DNA of 41,039 nt from Acidimicrobiia bacterium. Its GTDB lineage: Bacteria; Actinomycetota; Acidimicrobiia; Acidimicrobiales; Ilumatobacteraceae. Shown piece by piece: positions 16,551 to 25,211 of the stretch. The DNA is taken from contig JAYTKG010000180.1 of NCBI GenBank assembly GCA_043730435.1, positions 1 through 41,039 on the forward strand. Reading direction: 5' to 3'. Position 1 is the stretch's first letter. Each line of letters starts with the position of its first letter. The notes below the pieces were generated by a model. The model worked only from the letters and a program-made list of their open reading frames with translations. It ran no database searches and had not been told where the DNA came from. The translations under genes and the position numbers were made by a program.

Positions 16551-16766
16551 ATGGATCGTCGCGCTGTCTTCTTCTTCGCCGCCTGCTGGGCGTGTCGCGA
16601 ACTCACGCTTCATACGCCCAAGGACCTCCGTTACGTCGGGGTCACCTTGGCGATCTGGCTGGCGATCCTGGGCATTGCGTCCATGGTCGACAACAGTTCA
16701 CGTCGCAAGAACCGCCCGCACCGCACGGTGGCTCCCGAACATATTGAAAGCCCCTACGACAGCTGA
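16551..16766 (+). CDS. Small hypothetical membrane protein
   Basis: 71-aa ORF with GGGAG 6 nt upstream of the ATG and one clear TM segment (VGVTLAIWLAILGIASMV). No family recognised. Confidence 0.35.
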   Translation: MDRRAVFFFAACWACRELTLHTPKDLRYVGVTLAIWLAILGIASMVDNSSRRKNRPHRTVAPEHIESPYDS

Positions 16767-16771
16767 AGCGT

Positions 16772-17353
16772 TTAGCGGTGGACGGCCCGAAGGCCGGCCC
16801 ACAACATTTCGCCGATCTGGTGGGCGACAATGTCGGGATCAAACGGTTTGCCTGACTGCACCAAACGACGGCTGGTTGATTCGGCCAGGCCAATGATGCC
16901 GTGGGCCAGCGTGGTCTGATGCTCGTGGTCGATCTCGGCGCGGATCATGGGAGCGATGGCGGTAGCCATGCGGGCTTCAAGGAGCCGGACGGCCTCGGTG
17001 AACTCTTCATCACGACGTCCTCCATCCCCGAAGAGCAAGAGGAAGGACTCGCGATGCTCGGCCACCCACGTGAAATAGGCACGTACGCCGCGAGAGACTT
17101 GATCATGTGGGCTCGTGGCCTCACTTGCAGATGCAACGATGAGGAGGAGGAGCCGCTCGCCCGCTTCATCGAGCAGTGCCATGTAAAGCTCACGTTTCGA
17201 TTCGAAGTGCTGGTAGAGCACCGGCTTGGTCACGCCGGCCGCTTCGGCAACGTCGTTCATTGAAGCGCCGTGGAAGCCCTTTTCTGAAAAGACCAACAAC
17301 GCAACAGCAAGCAGTTGCTCGCGACGCTCGGCGGCAGGAAGACGGGACGACAT
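16772..17353 (-). CDS. TetR/AcrR-family transcriptional regulator
   Basis: HTH segment RREQLLAVALLVFSEKGFHGASMNDVAEAAGVTKPVLYQHFESKRELY. ATG at 17353 is preferred over the upstream GTG at 17392. Confidence 0.9.
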   Translation of the reverse strand: MSSRLPAAERREQLLAVALLVFSEKGFHGASMNDVAEAAGVTKPVLYQHFESKRELYMALLDEAGERLLLLIVASASEATSPHDQVSRGVRAYFTWVAEHRESFLLLFGDGGRRDEEFTEAVRLLEARMATAIAPMIRAEIDHEHQTTLAHGIIGLAESTSRRLVQSGKPFDPDIVAHQIGEMLWAGLRAVHR

Positions 17354-17443
17354 AGCTACCACAGAGTAACCGCTGAAACCTGAGTCGGTCACAAGGGTTT
17401 CTCTGGATCCGATTGGTGGCCTAATGCTGAAAGGTCCAGGGTG

Positions 17444-17704
17444 TTAGAAGCCGCGTTGGCGATCGTCTCGTTCGGCGGCCTTCACCGCATAGCCGAGCAC
17501 GATGGACGGGGCCAGCAGGATCGAGCCAATGGCCATGCACGTGACCACGATGGCGACAATGGCCCCGTTGAGCGTGAAAACAAAGCCGAGGACAAACACG
17601 GCGATGGCGACCGCGATGAACAAGTAGCCGACGCGATTGGCGAGTAGTGACCACTTCGCGATCTTGGCCCGACGCTCACGAACGGGATCAACAGGGGTGT
17701 TCAT
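17444..17704 (-). CDS. Small membrane protein (2 TM), upstream of and co-oriented with TetR
   Basis: This is the 3' part of ORF 17444..17983, starting at MNTPVDPVRERRAKIAKWSLLANRVGYLFIAVAIAVFVLGFVF...AIVVTCMAIGSILLAPSIVLGY. The upstream part of that ORF would run into the divergent aminotransferase gene. Confidence 0.55.
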   Translation of the reverse strand: MNTPVDPVRERRAKIAKWSLLANRVGYLFIAVAIAVFVLGFVFTLNGAIVAIVVTCMAIGSILLAPSIVLGYAVKAAERDDRQRGF

Positions 17705-17749
17705 TCCCAGGAGGGTAGAGGCCAGCGTCGGACGTGATGAAATGAGGGC

Positions 17750-18913
17750 ATGGGCCAACCATTTCTCACCGACCGGCTGCAGGGGTTCGGCAACACCATC
17801 TTCGGCGAAATGTCGGCGCTGGCGTTGGCGACCGGCAGCGTCAACCTTGGCCAAGGTTTCCCCGACACAGACGGGCCGACCGAGGTGCTCGAAGCAGCAG
17901 TCTCGGCAATTCGGGAAGGGAGGGGCAATCAGTACCCACCAGCCATCGGCGTGCCCGAACTCCGCCACGCCATTGTCGCCCACCAGAAACGTTTCTACGA
18001 CCTGACCTTCGACGCCGACACCGAGGTGCTCGTTACCTGTGGTGCCACGGAGGCCATCGCCAGCGTACTGCTGAGTTTACTGTCGACGGGTGACGAAGTG
18101 ATTGCGTTCGAACCGTTTTACGACAGTTACGCCGCCTGTATCTCGATGGCCGGTGCAAAGCGGGTGGGAGTCACGCTGTATGCGCCCGACTACGCCTTCG
18201 ACCTCGACGCCTTGCGAAAGGCGATCAACCCGCGCACCCGCATGCTGCTGCTCAACACGCCACACAATCCAACGGGCAAGGTGTTCACCCGCGCCGAGCT
18301 CGAGGCCATCGCCGCGTTCGCGGTGGAGCACGACCTGTTGGTGATGGCCGACGAGTGCTACGAGCATCTCGTGTTTGAAGGCCAGCACATGCCCATCGTC
18401 ACGCTACCCGGTATGCGCGAACGCACCATCACGGTTGGCTCGGGCGGGAAGACGTTTTCGGTTACAGGTTGGAAGGTCGGCTGGATCACTTCGACACCCG
18501 AGCTGGTGAGTGCGGTGCGTTGCTCCAAACAGTTCCTCACGTACGTTTCGAGTGGGCCGTTCCAATACGCCATAGCGGTTGGCCTCGGGCTGCCTGATTC
18601 GTATTTCACCGCGTTCACCGAGAACCTGCGGCTGCGGCGTGACGTGCTGAGTGCAGGTTTGGAGAACGCGGGGTTCGATGTGATGCCGACGCAGGGAACG
18701 TTCTTTCTGACCGCTGACATCACGCCGCTCGGTGGTACTGACGGGCTTGAATTCTGCCGCGAACTGCCGCATCGCTGCGGGGTGGTTGCCGTGCCCACCC
18801 AGGTGTTCTACGACAACGTCGAGGCCGGTCGTCGGCTGGTGCGGTTCGCCTTTTGCAAGAAACTGGACGTACTCGATGAAGCGTGCCGGCGGCTGGAAGG
18901 ATTGCGATCATGA
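17750..18913 (+). CDS. Class I aminotransferase, KAT/YbdL/DapC-like (glutamine or methionine-oxo-acid transaminase type)
   Basis: NLGQGFPDTDGP near the N-terminus, NTPHNPTG, and the lysine motif GSGGKTFSVTGWKVGW. Confidence 0.9.
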   Translation: MGQPFLTDRLQGFGNTIFGEMSALALATGSVNLGQGFPDTDGPTEVLEAAVSAIREGRGNQYPPAIGVPELRHAIVAHQKRFYDLTFDADTEVLVTCGATEAIASVLLSLLSTGDEVIAFEPFYDSYAACISMAGAKRVGVTLYAPDYAFDLDALRKAINPRTRMLLLNTPHNPTGKVFTRAELEAIAAFAVEHDLLVMADECYEHLVFEGQHMPIVTLPGMRERTITVGSGGKTFSVTGWKVGWITSTPELVSAVRCSKQFLTYVSSGPFQYAIAVGLGLPDSYFTAFTENLRLRRDVLSAGLENAGFDVMPTQGTFFLTADITPLGGTDGLEFCRELPHRCGVVAVPTQVFYDNVEAGRRLVRFAFCKKLDVLDEACRRLEGLRS

Positions 18914-19689
18914 AAGTTGCCGCCGTCCAGCACGACATCGTCTGGGAAGACGCCACCGCCACCTGCCGTCATCTCGATCCTACGATCGCCGGAGCCGCTG
19001 CGAGTGGGGCGCGACTCATTGTGCTGACCGAAATGTTCTCCACCGGTTTCACCCTTGCGCCCGATCGGGTGGCCGAGCCGCTTGAAGGCCCCTCCTCCGC
19101 GTGGTTGCATGAGCAGGCCACTCGCCATGGCGTGTGGATGTGCGCATCGGTGCCCACCATTGACCCAGCGAAGTCGCGCCCTGTGAACCGGCTGTTCTTG
19201 TTCGCTCCCGATGGCACCATGCACCACTACGACAAGATACATCCGTTCTCCTACGGCGGCGAAGACGAACACTACGAGGCAGGCACGCAGTTCCTCACCG
19301 TCGACATCGAAGGTCTGAAGACCAGCTTCTTCGTTTGCTACGACCTTCGTTTCGCCGACGAGTTCTGGCAGTTAGCTCCCGTCACTGACTGCTACGTGGT
19401 GCCGGCCAGTTGGCCAGAAGCGCGTCGGCTGCCGTGGCAGTCTTTGCTGCAGGCCCGGGCCATCGAGAACCAGGCTTATGTCATCGGTGTGAACCGGGTG
19501 GGCAGCGACCCGACGTTGAACTACGCCGGTGATAGTCGCATTGTGGATCCGTTGGGCGAACTGCTAGCTACCGGAGCCAAGACTGAGGCCGTGCTCATCG
19601 CTGAAGTCGACCCGGCGGTGGTCGTCGCAGCCCGGGCGCGGTTCCGGTTTGGGCAGGACCGTCGCACCGCTTCATACTTCGCGGACTGA
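18910..19689 (+). CDS. Carbon-nitrogen hydrolase, YafV/omega-amidase-like
   Basis: Nitrilase-superfamily E-K-C triad contexts (LIVLTEMFSTGF; HYDKIHPF; FFVCYDLRF). The ATG overlaps the aminotransferase stop (ATGA). Confidence 0.85.
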   Translation: MKVAAVQHDIVWEDATATCRHLDPTIAGAAASGARLIVLTEMFSTGFTLAPDRVAEPLEGPSSAWLHEQATRHGVWMCASVPTIDPAKSRPVNRLFLFAPDGTMHHYDKIHPFSYGGEDEHYEAGTQFLTVDIEGLKTSFFVCYDLRFADEFWQLAPVTDCYVVPASWPEARRLPWQSLLQARAIENQAYVIGVNRVGSDPTLNYAGDSRIVDPLGELLATGAKTEAVLIAEVDPAVVVAARARFRFGQDRRTASYFAD

Positions 19690-19832
19690 TCGCTCACACT
19701 TCGCTCATACGGAACCTCCAGAGTGGTGGATGTTAACCCTTGCATGCCTCGTTCGGTCGCTACCGCTCCGTCTCTCTCGGTCTCGCTCCGCTCTGTCAAT
19801 GCCCAGGGCGAAATGTCCACCTCTAAAGCTTC

Positions 19833-19838
19833 AAGGAG
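19833..19838 (+). promoter_or_regulatory. Shine-Dalgarno AAGGAG for the secreted coiled-coil protein
   Basis: AAGGAG lies 10 nt upstream of the ATG at 19849. It is the strongest SD match I saw in the window. Confidence 0.55.
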
Positions 19839-19848
19839 AACCCCCGAA

Positions 19849-20217
19849 ATGATCCGCAAGTTCATCGCCACCGTCGCCCTAGCTGGAACAGTCATCGTCG
19901 GTGCTGGCTCCGGTGCCTTTGCTGGCACCACAAGCCCGCCAAGAGATCCGGCTGCTGCTGCGGCCGCCAAAGAAGCCAGGTGCGCGAGGGCCCCGGAGCT
20001 GATTGCTCGTATCAAGGCCAATCAAGACAAGCGGGACGCAGCCGTCACCAAGCTGCAAGACGCCCAAGCCAAGGCGGCCGCGGCAGGCAAGACCGACCTG
20101 GTCGCCAAGATCGAAGCCCGCATCGCCAAGGTGAAGACCCGCGCCGAAAAGGCGGCCAACCGTCTCGCCAAGATCGAGGCCAAAGTGGCCGAGAAGTGCC
20201 CCAAGCCTGCGGCCTGA
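19849..20217 (+). CDS. Small secreted Ala/Lys-rich coiled-coil protein
   Basis: Signal-peptide-like MIRKFIATVALAGTVIVGAGSGAFA, then heptad-like KLQDAQAKAAAAGKTDLVAKIEARIAKVKTRAEKAANRLAKIEAKVAEK. Two Cys residues. Strong SD upstream and a hairpin downstream. Confidence 0.65.
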   Translation: MIRKFIATVALAGTVIVGAGSGAFAGTTSPPRDPAAAAAAKEARCARAPELIARIKANQDKRDAAVTKLQDAQAKAAAAGKTDLVAKIEARIAKVKTRAEKAANRLAKIEAKVAEKCPKPAA

Positions 20218-20234
20218 CCCGCTGGCCGCAGTTC

Positions 20235-20264
20235 GAAGGAGGGCCGTCCGCTCGGCCCTTCTTC
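20235..20264 (+). terminator. Hairpin terminator candidate
   Basis: gaaggagggccg-tccgct-cggcccttcttc forms a 12-bp stem with one mismatch, starting 18 nt after the stop. No clear U-tract. Confidence 0.5.
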
Positions 20265-20287
20265 GACGCTAGTGATTGACTGTGCGC

Positions 20288-21547
20288 ATGACGACTGCTG
20301 AGAAAGCGTCGAAACCGCCTCACGTGGTTGTGGTCGGAGCCGGCTTTGGTGGGCTGGCTTGTGTGCGGGCGTTTCGTGGCTCGAATGTCGATGTGACACT
20401 GGTCGACCGTCACAACTTTCACACCTTCCAACCGCTGCTCTACCAAGTGGCCACCGCAGGCCTGAACGCGGCCGACGTCGCCTACCCGGTTCGAGGGATC
20501 CTGCGACGATCACAACGAGCCAAATTCCAGCTCGGCATGGTCACTGCCGTCGATACCGCTGCCAAGAACCTCACGCTCGATAACGGAGCCGTGATGCCTT
20601 GGAACTGGCTGGTCGTCGCCGCAGGTGCGACCACGAACCACTTCGGCGTGCCAGGAGCCGCCGAGTTCGGCCTGTCGCTCTACACGCTCGAAGACGCCAC
20701 GGCCCTGCGCAATCACGTACTCACCAGATTCGAGGAATCGGCCTCGGGCACCAACGACGATGGCGCGTTGACGTTCGTTGTCGTGGGCGGGGGAGCGACC
20801 GGCGTGGAGATCGCCGGCGCCCTGGCCGAACTAGTGGACAAGGTGTTGCGGAAGGACTTCCCTGACCTCGATGTCGCCCGAGTGAAGATCGTCCTGGTGG
20901 AGGGCCAGGACCGGCTGCTCGGCCCCTTCGCGCCGAAGCTGAGCAGCCACGCGGTCGAGACATTACGCAGCCGCGGCGTGGATGTTCGGCTCAACACGCC
21001 CCTGAGCAGGGTGGCCGAGGATCACGTTGTGTTGGGTGACGGAACGATCCTCCTCACCCGCACGGTGGTGTGGGCCGCAGGCGTGAAGGCCAACGCGCTC
21101 GGCGCGCTGCTGGGCGTGGAACTCGGCCGGGGCGGGCGTGTTCCCATTCGGCCCGACCTCCGGCTCATCGAGCACGACCACGTGTTAGCCATCGGCGACA
21201 TAGCCGCCATCGACTACAACGGCCGCCTTGCGCCACAGGTCGCCCAGGTCGCGATCCAGTCAGGCAAGCACGCCGCCGAAACGATCCTTGCGGTCGAGGC
21301 TGGCCGCGTGACCGCGCCGTTCGCATACAAGGACAAGGGATCGATGGCCACCATCGGTCGAAACGCGGCGGTAGCCGAGTTTCCGAACGGCTTGAAGCTG
21401 AGCGGCTTCATTGGTTGGCTGTCGTGGTTGGGCCTCCACATCCTCACAATGCTCGGGTTCCGTAACCGCCTATCGGTCATCCTGAACTGGGCGTGGAATT
21501 ACGTCACCTGGGACCGCGGCCCCCGCCTCATCTTTCGCAAGAACTAG
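20288..21547 (+). CDS. ndh: Type II NADH dehydrogenase (NDH-2)
   Basis: Two dinucleotide folds (VVVVGAGFGGL; FVVVGGGATGVE) and the signature DRHNFHTFQPLLYQVATAGL. The C-terminus is hydrophobic. Confidence 0.9.
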   Translation: MTTAEKASKPPHVVVVGAGFGGLACVRAFRGSNVDVTLVDRHNFHTFQPLLYQVATAGLNAADVAYPVRGILRRSQRAKFQLGMVTAVDTAAKNLTLDNGAVMPWNWLVVAAGATTNHFGVPGAAEFGLSLYTLEDATALRNHVLTRFEESASGTNDDGALTFVVVGGGATGVEIAGALAELVDKVLRKDFPDLDVARVKIVLVEGQDRLLGPFAPKLSSHAVETLRSRGVDVRLNTPLSRVAEDHVVLGDGTILLTRTVVWAAGVKANALGALLGVELGRGGRVPIRPDLRLIEHDHVLAIGDIAAIDYNGRLAPQVAQVAIQSGKHAAETILAVEAGRVTAPFAYKDKGSMATIGRNAAVAEFPNGLKLSGFIGWLSWLGLHILTMLGFRNRLSVILNWAWNYVTWDRGPRLIFRKN

Positions 21548-21654
21548 CGCTTCAGGCTCTTGCCGAACTTCCGGTAGAGAAGAAGCGCGACGATGGCACC
21601 AATGACGGAGCCGATGATGCCCGACCGTCCTTTGGGCAGGGGCCTTTGGACCAT
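21544..21654 (-). CDS. Possible 36-aa glycine-zipper membrane peptide
   Basis: My translation is MVQRPLPKGRSGIIGSVIGAIVALLLYRKFGKSLKR. Third codon positions are GC-rich. It starts 7 nt after the sortase stop and is below the ORF-track cutoff. No SD. Confidence 0.3.
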   Translation of the reverse strand: MVQRPLPKGRSGIIGSVIGAIVALLLYRKFGKSLKR

Positions 21655-21660
21655 TGAGCG

Positions 21661-22980
21661 CTAGAGACCAGGCGGAAGCAGCAGGTTGGCGTTCTCGTAA
21701 AAGAAATAGAGGGCAATCAGGAACGGGAAGATACCGATCAGGAAGCCGATCATGTTGCGATGCAGCCGCCGCGAGATGAGCCAGGCGCCGAGGCCAATGA
21801 GGCCGCATGCTGCGCCCCACAGGGCCATTTGCGGAATGGCATGCTTGTCACTGAACCACCCCTTGGTGAACGCAGCGTTCAACTCCTCTTCGCCGTCGGC
21901 GATCGTGGTTGGAACCGCAACGGTGGTAGATGGCGCAAGCGTGGAGGGAGAACCTGGCAGCGTGGTAACGGGTACCAACGTGGTCGGCTCGGTGGCAGGC
22001 TCGTCGGCTGGCAGCGGCTCGGGTTTGCCAGCGGCAGGAGGGGTGGGATCGCGCAGCGGACCGGAAACGGCGATGTCGAGCTCGGCTCGAATGATCAGCC
22101 GGTTGGTCGACGTGTACTTCGGGTCGCAGGTCACGAGCGTGAGCGATGGAACATCGGTGGGCTGAAGCACGGTGGTGTCGTCGGGTGCCACGATCGATTG
22201 GGCGGTGACCTTGTACACGAATTTTTCGCCAAGCGTGTTCGTGAATGTAATTGGATCACCATTCTGCAGCTTGTCGAGATCGCCGAAGGGTGCGCCGTAG
22301 GTGGTGCGGTGTCCGGCGAGTGCAACGTTGCCCTGTTGACCCGGTAGTGGCGTATTGCGGAAGTGGCCGACGCCCTTCTTGAGATCCTCCACGGTCACGC
22401 CGGACAGAATTACCCCTTCGTTGTCACCCTTCATACCGATCCGTGGGATCGACATTGATGCGAACGCCTCATCGGGTTCCGGAAGAGGCAAGGGAGCGGG
22501 CGCCGGAAGCGTGGAGATGGTCGTAGGGGCAGCGCTGGTGGGCACCTCTGAGCCAACCGTCGGGGCAAGTGTGGTTGGCGGCAACGTGGAGGCCACGGTA
22601 GTAGTCGGCTTGGCGACGGGCGTCTGGAGCCTGCTGGCAAACTCCTTTTTCAGCGCACGCTGCGACGCTGCCGTCTGCAGGCCGGTGCCCCACAACTGGT
22701 AACCGACGAAGCCGAACAGGAGCATGCCGAGGGAAATGAAGAGTCGTCCAATGGCACCAATCACAGAGCGCCAACCGTAGCGGAGGAACGGCTCTTTCGG
22801 GGGCCGCTCAGGCTCGGCTGGGCGCCTCGGAGGCCACTCGAATTCGATGCGCGGCAGACCCAACTCCTGGTTGGTCTTGCCAACAACATCGACGCGAAGA
22901 CGAGGCACGGTCCGGCCACGATAGAGGGTGGCTCGCCGCGTTGGGTTCCATCGGGCATCGTCCGATAGCGTTTCGATCAA
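21661..22980 (-). CDS. Sortase (class E-like) with P/T-rich linkers and an extra C-terminal membrane domain
   Basis: Catalytic His (LAGHRTTYGAPF), Cys (LTLVTCDPKY) and Arg (LIIRAEL). There is an N-terminal TM segment and C-terminal TM segments (MALWGAACGLIGLGAWLI; MIGFLIGIFPFLIALYFFY). The start is uncertain: TTG at 22980 or GTG at 22908. Confidence 0.85.
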   Translation of the reverse strand: MIETLSDDARWNPTRRATLYRGRTVPRLRVDVVGKTNQELGLPRIEFEWPPRRPAEPERPPKEPFLRYGWRSVIGAIGRLFISLGMLLFGFVGYQLWGTGLQTAASQRALKKEFASRLQTPVAKPTTTVASTLPPTTLAPTVGSEVPTSAAPTTISTLPAPAPLPLPEPDEAFASMSIPRIGMKGDNEGVILSGVTVEDLKKGVGHFRNTPLPGQQGNVALAGHRTTYGAPFGDLDKLQNGDPITFTNTLGEKFVYKVTAQSIVAPDDTTVLQPTDVPSLTLVTCDPKYTSTNRLIIRAELDIAVSGPLRDPTPPAAGKPEPLPADEPATEPTTLVPVTTLPGSPSTLAPSTTVAVPTTIADGEEELNAAFTKGWFSDKHAIPQMALWGAACGLIGLGAWLISRRLHRNMIGFLIGIFPFLIALYFFYENANLLLPPGL

Positions 22981-22982
22981 CG

Positions 22983-23630
22983 ATGGAGCCGGTAGTTCAC
23001 TTTTCTGAGGCCGTCGCCGTTCACGGTCGGTTCCCGGTGCTCACCGGCGCTTCGCTCACCGTCAATCCTTGCGAAATCGTGCTGTTGCGGGGACCAAACG
23101 GTGCAGGGAAGACAAGCCTGCTTCGGGCGTGCGCTGGTCTGCTTCCAGTCGTGCAGGGCACCGCGTTTGTCCTTGGCGTTGATGTCACCCTTGACCGGCG
23201 GGCCGTACGGTCACGGGTTGGTTTGTTGAGCCACGCCAATGGTCTCTACGACGATTTGACCGTCACCGAGAACGTGCGGTTCTGGGGAAGAACAGCTGGC
23301 GCGTCTGATGACGAAGTGAACGCGGCCATGAGCGAGCTCGGCCTGAGCGGACGGCTGGCTACGGTGAAGGTGGTCAAACTTTCGGCCGGGCAACGCCGTC
23401 GTACTGCGCTCGCCACCGTGCTGGCCCGACGTCCCGAACTATGGCTGCTGGATGAGCCGCACGCTGGCCTCGATGCGGACGGACGTGATCTGATCGACGA
23501 CGTGTTGCGCCGCGCCGCAGCCGCTGGAGCCACCATCCTTTTTGCCAGCCACGAACTCGACCGAGCCGAACCGCTGGCGACCCGCGTGGTCCGCATCGAC
23601 GCCGGACGAGTGGTGCAACCGACATGCTGA
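22983..23630 (+). CDS. ccmA: Heme exporter ATP-binding protein CcmA
   Basis: Walker A GPNGAGKTS, ABC signature LSAGQRRR and Walker B LWLLDEP. First gene of the ccm operon. Confidence 0.85.
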   Translation: MEPVVHFSEAVAVHGRFPVLTGASLTVNPCEIVLLRGPNGAGKTSLLRACAGLLPVVQGTAFVLGVDVTLDRRAVRSRVGLLSHANGLYDDLTVTENVRFWGRTAGASDDEVNAAMSELGLSGRLATVKVVKLSAGQRRRTALATVLARRPELWLLDEPHAGLDADGRDLIDDVLRRAAAAGATILFASHELDRAEPLATRVVRIDAGRVVQPTC

Positions 23631-24328
23631 GAACCGCTCGCCTCATTGCGGCCAAGGACCTGCGCCTCGAACTGAACAGCCGCGTCGCCGCATTTCAGGT
23701 GCTTCCGTTTGCGGTGCTGCTGGTGATCCTGTTCGCGTTCGCGTTCGATGCCGACGCGAAGGTGCTTATCCCGGCCGCACCCGGACTCTTCTGGATCGCG
23801 GTGCTGTTGTCGCTGTTCCTCGCTGTCGGGCGCATGTTCGCGACCGAGACGGCAGACGGTGCGCTCGACGCGTTGCGGCTGTCATCTCTCGACCCCGCAG
23901 GCATCTTTCTCGGCAAAGCATTCGCCCTGCTTCTGGAGTTGCTAGTGCTGGAAGTCGTGCTGCTGGCCGGCGTGCTGGTGCTCTACGACGTGACGGTTCC
24001 CGCGTCGGGCGTGGTGTTATTGGTCACGACCGCCGTCGCGACCAGTGTTGGGCTGGTAGCCACAGGTACTCTGTACGGTGTTCTGTCTGCTGGCACGACG
24101 GTGCGTGAGACCCTTCTCCCGCTCCTTGTCGGTCCGGTGGTGGCCCCGCTGCTCATCGGTGCGTCCCGAGCTTTCGAGGCCGCCCTCGGTACCCGGCGTG
24201 GCGTAAATGGTTCCGTAGTTGTGAAGGTCTCAGAAGGATGGCCGTGGGCCGGACTTCTTACCGTGTTTGCGCTGGTGTACGTCGCCGCTGGTCTGTTGGC
24301 CTTCGGCGCTCTTTTGGAGGATGCATGA
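23624..24328 (+). CDS. ccmB: Heme exporter permease CcmB
   Basis: Polytopic membrane protein beginning MLRTARLIAAKDLRLELNSR. It overlaps ccmA by 7 nt and ccmC by ATGA. Confidence 0.8.
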   Translation: MLRTARLIAAKDLRLELNSRVAAFQVLPFAVLLVILFAFAFDADAKVLIPAAPGLFWIAVLLSLFLAVGRMFATETADGALDALRLSSLDPAGIFLGKAFALLLELLVLEVVLLAGVLVLYDVTVPASGVVLLVTTAVATSVGLVATGTLYGVLSAGTTVRETLLPLLVGPVVAPLLIGASRAFEAALGTRRGVNGSVVVKVSEGWPWAGLLTVFALVYVAAGLLAFGALLEDA

Positions 24329-25059
24329 ACGAGTCGAACGTGTTGCACACCGGCACCCGAGGCTCCCGCATTATCGGCATCCTCGCGCTCATCGGCCTGG
24401 CCTGGATGGTCATCTTCGGCCTGTTGATTTCGCCCCCCGACGAAGTGCAGGGTGACAACGTCCGCTACCTGTATCTCCATGTGCCCGCGGCATTCCTCAC
24501 GTTCACGGCCTTCGGTGTCACGGCCGTCTCGTCCATCCTCTACTTGTGGAAGCGCACCCGCTCGCTCACGTGGGACCGCATCGCCGGATGCTCCGCCGAA
24601 ATCGGTGTTGTGCTCACCGCCGTCACGCTGGCAACAGGGATGTTGTGGGGCAAGTTGAGTTGGGGTGTCTACTGGCGATGGGACGCGCTACTCACCAGCA
24701 CAGCACTGTTACTCGTCATGTTCATCGGATACCTCGCCTTGCGCGGCCTCGAAGCCTCGCCCGAAGTTCGGGCCCGCCGCTGCGCCATCGTCGGCATCAT
24801 CGCGTTCCTCGACGTGCCACTCATCCACTTCAGCGTGGATTGGTGGCGCACGCTTCACCAGCCCCAATCGATTAGTCCGAGTAAGACCACATTCGACGGT
24901 CCGATGCTGCTGAGCTTCTTCGTGTCGTTCGTAGCGTTCGTACTTGTCTACATCTGGCTCATGATGCATCGCAATCGTCTGGCCATGATGGAGCAGGCGA
25001 TGGATGACCACGGTCTGCAGATGGCCATTGCCGAACGTCATGCCGAGGTGACGGCATGA
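24325..25059 (+). CDS. ccmC: Heme exporter protein CcmC
   Basis: Trp-rich WWD-type motif WGKLSWGVYWRWDALLT and conserved His contexts (LYLHVPAA; PLIHFSVDWW). Confidence 0.9.
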   Translation: MNESNVLHTGTRGSRIIGILALIGLAWMVIFGLLISPPDEVQGDNVRYLYLHVPAAFLTFTAFGVTAVSSILYLWKRTRSLTWDRIAGCSAEIGVVLTAVTLATGMLWGKLSWGVYWRWDALLTSTALLLVMFIGYLALRGLEASPEVRARRCAIVGIIAFLDVPLIHFSVDWWRTLHQPQSISPSKTTFDGPMLLSFFVSFVAFVLVYIWLMMHRNRLAMMEQAMDDHGLQMAIAERHAEVTA

Positions 25060-25211
25060 TGCTCGGGTCGATTATCCAGCACAACGTGTTCAACATTGTC
25101 GGTGGCTACGTGCTGGTGCTCGGCAGCCTTGGGTTGTTCGCGTGGCGCATGCTCGGACGCGCCCGAAAGCTTGCCTCGCAACTGCCCGTCAAGGACAAGC
25201 CGTGGACGTAA
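25056..25211 (+). CDS. ccmD: Heme exporter protein CcmD
   Basis: My translation is MMLGSIIQHNVFNIVGGYVLVLGSLGLFAWRMLGRARKLASQLPVKDKPWT (51 aa, GGY motif, single TM). It overlaps ccmC by ATGA. It is below the ORF-track cutoff. Confidence 0.65.
   Translation: MMLGSIIQHNVFNIVGGYVLVLGSLGLFAWRMLGRARKLASQLPVKDKPWT

Noticed and set aside
22978-22985. Sortase and ccmA start codons only 2 nt apart, back to back, as a shared bidirectional element
   Set aside because: This leaves no room for two promoters. The sortase start called by the ORF track is a TTG, and GTG at 22908 is an alternative. It is most likely a start-codon assignment artefact rather than biology.
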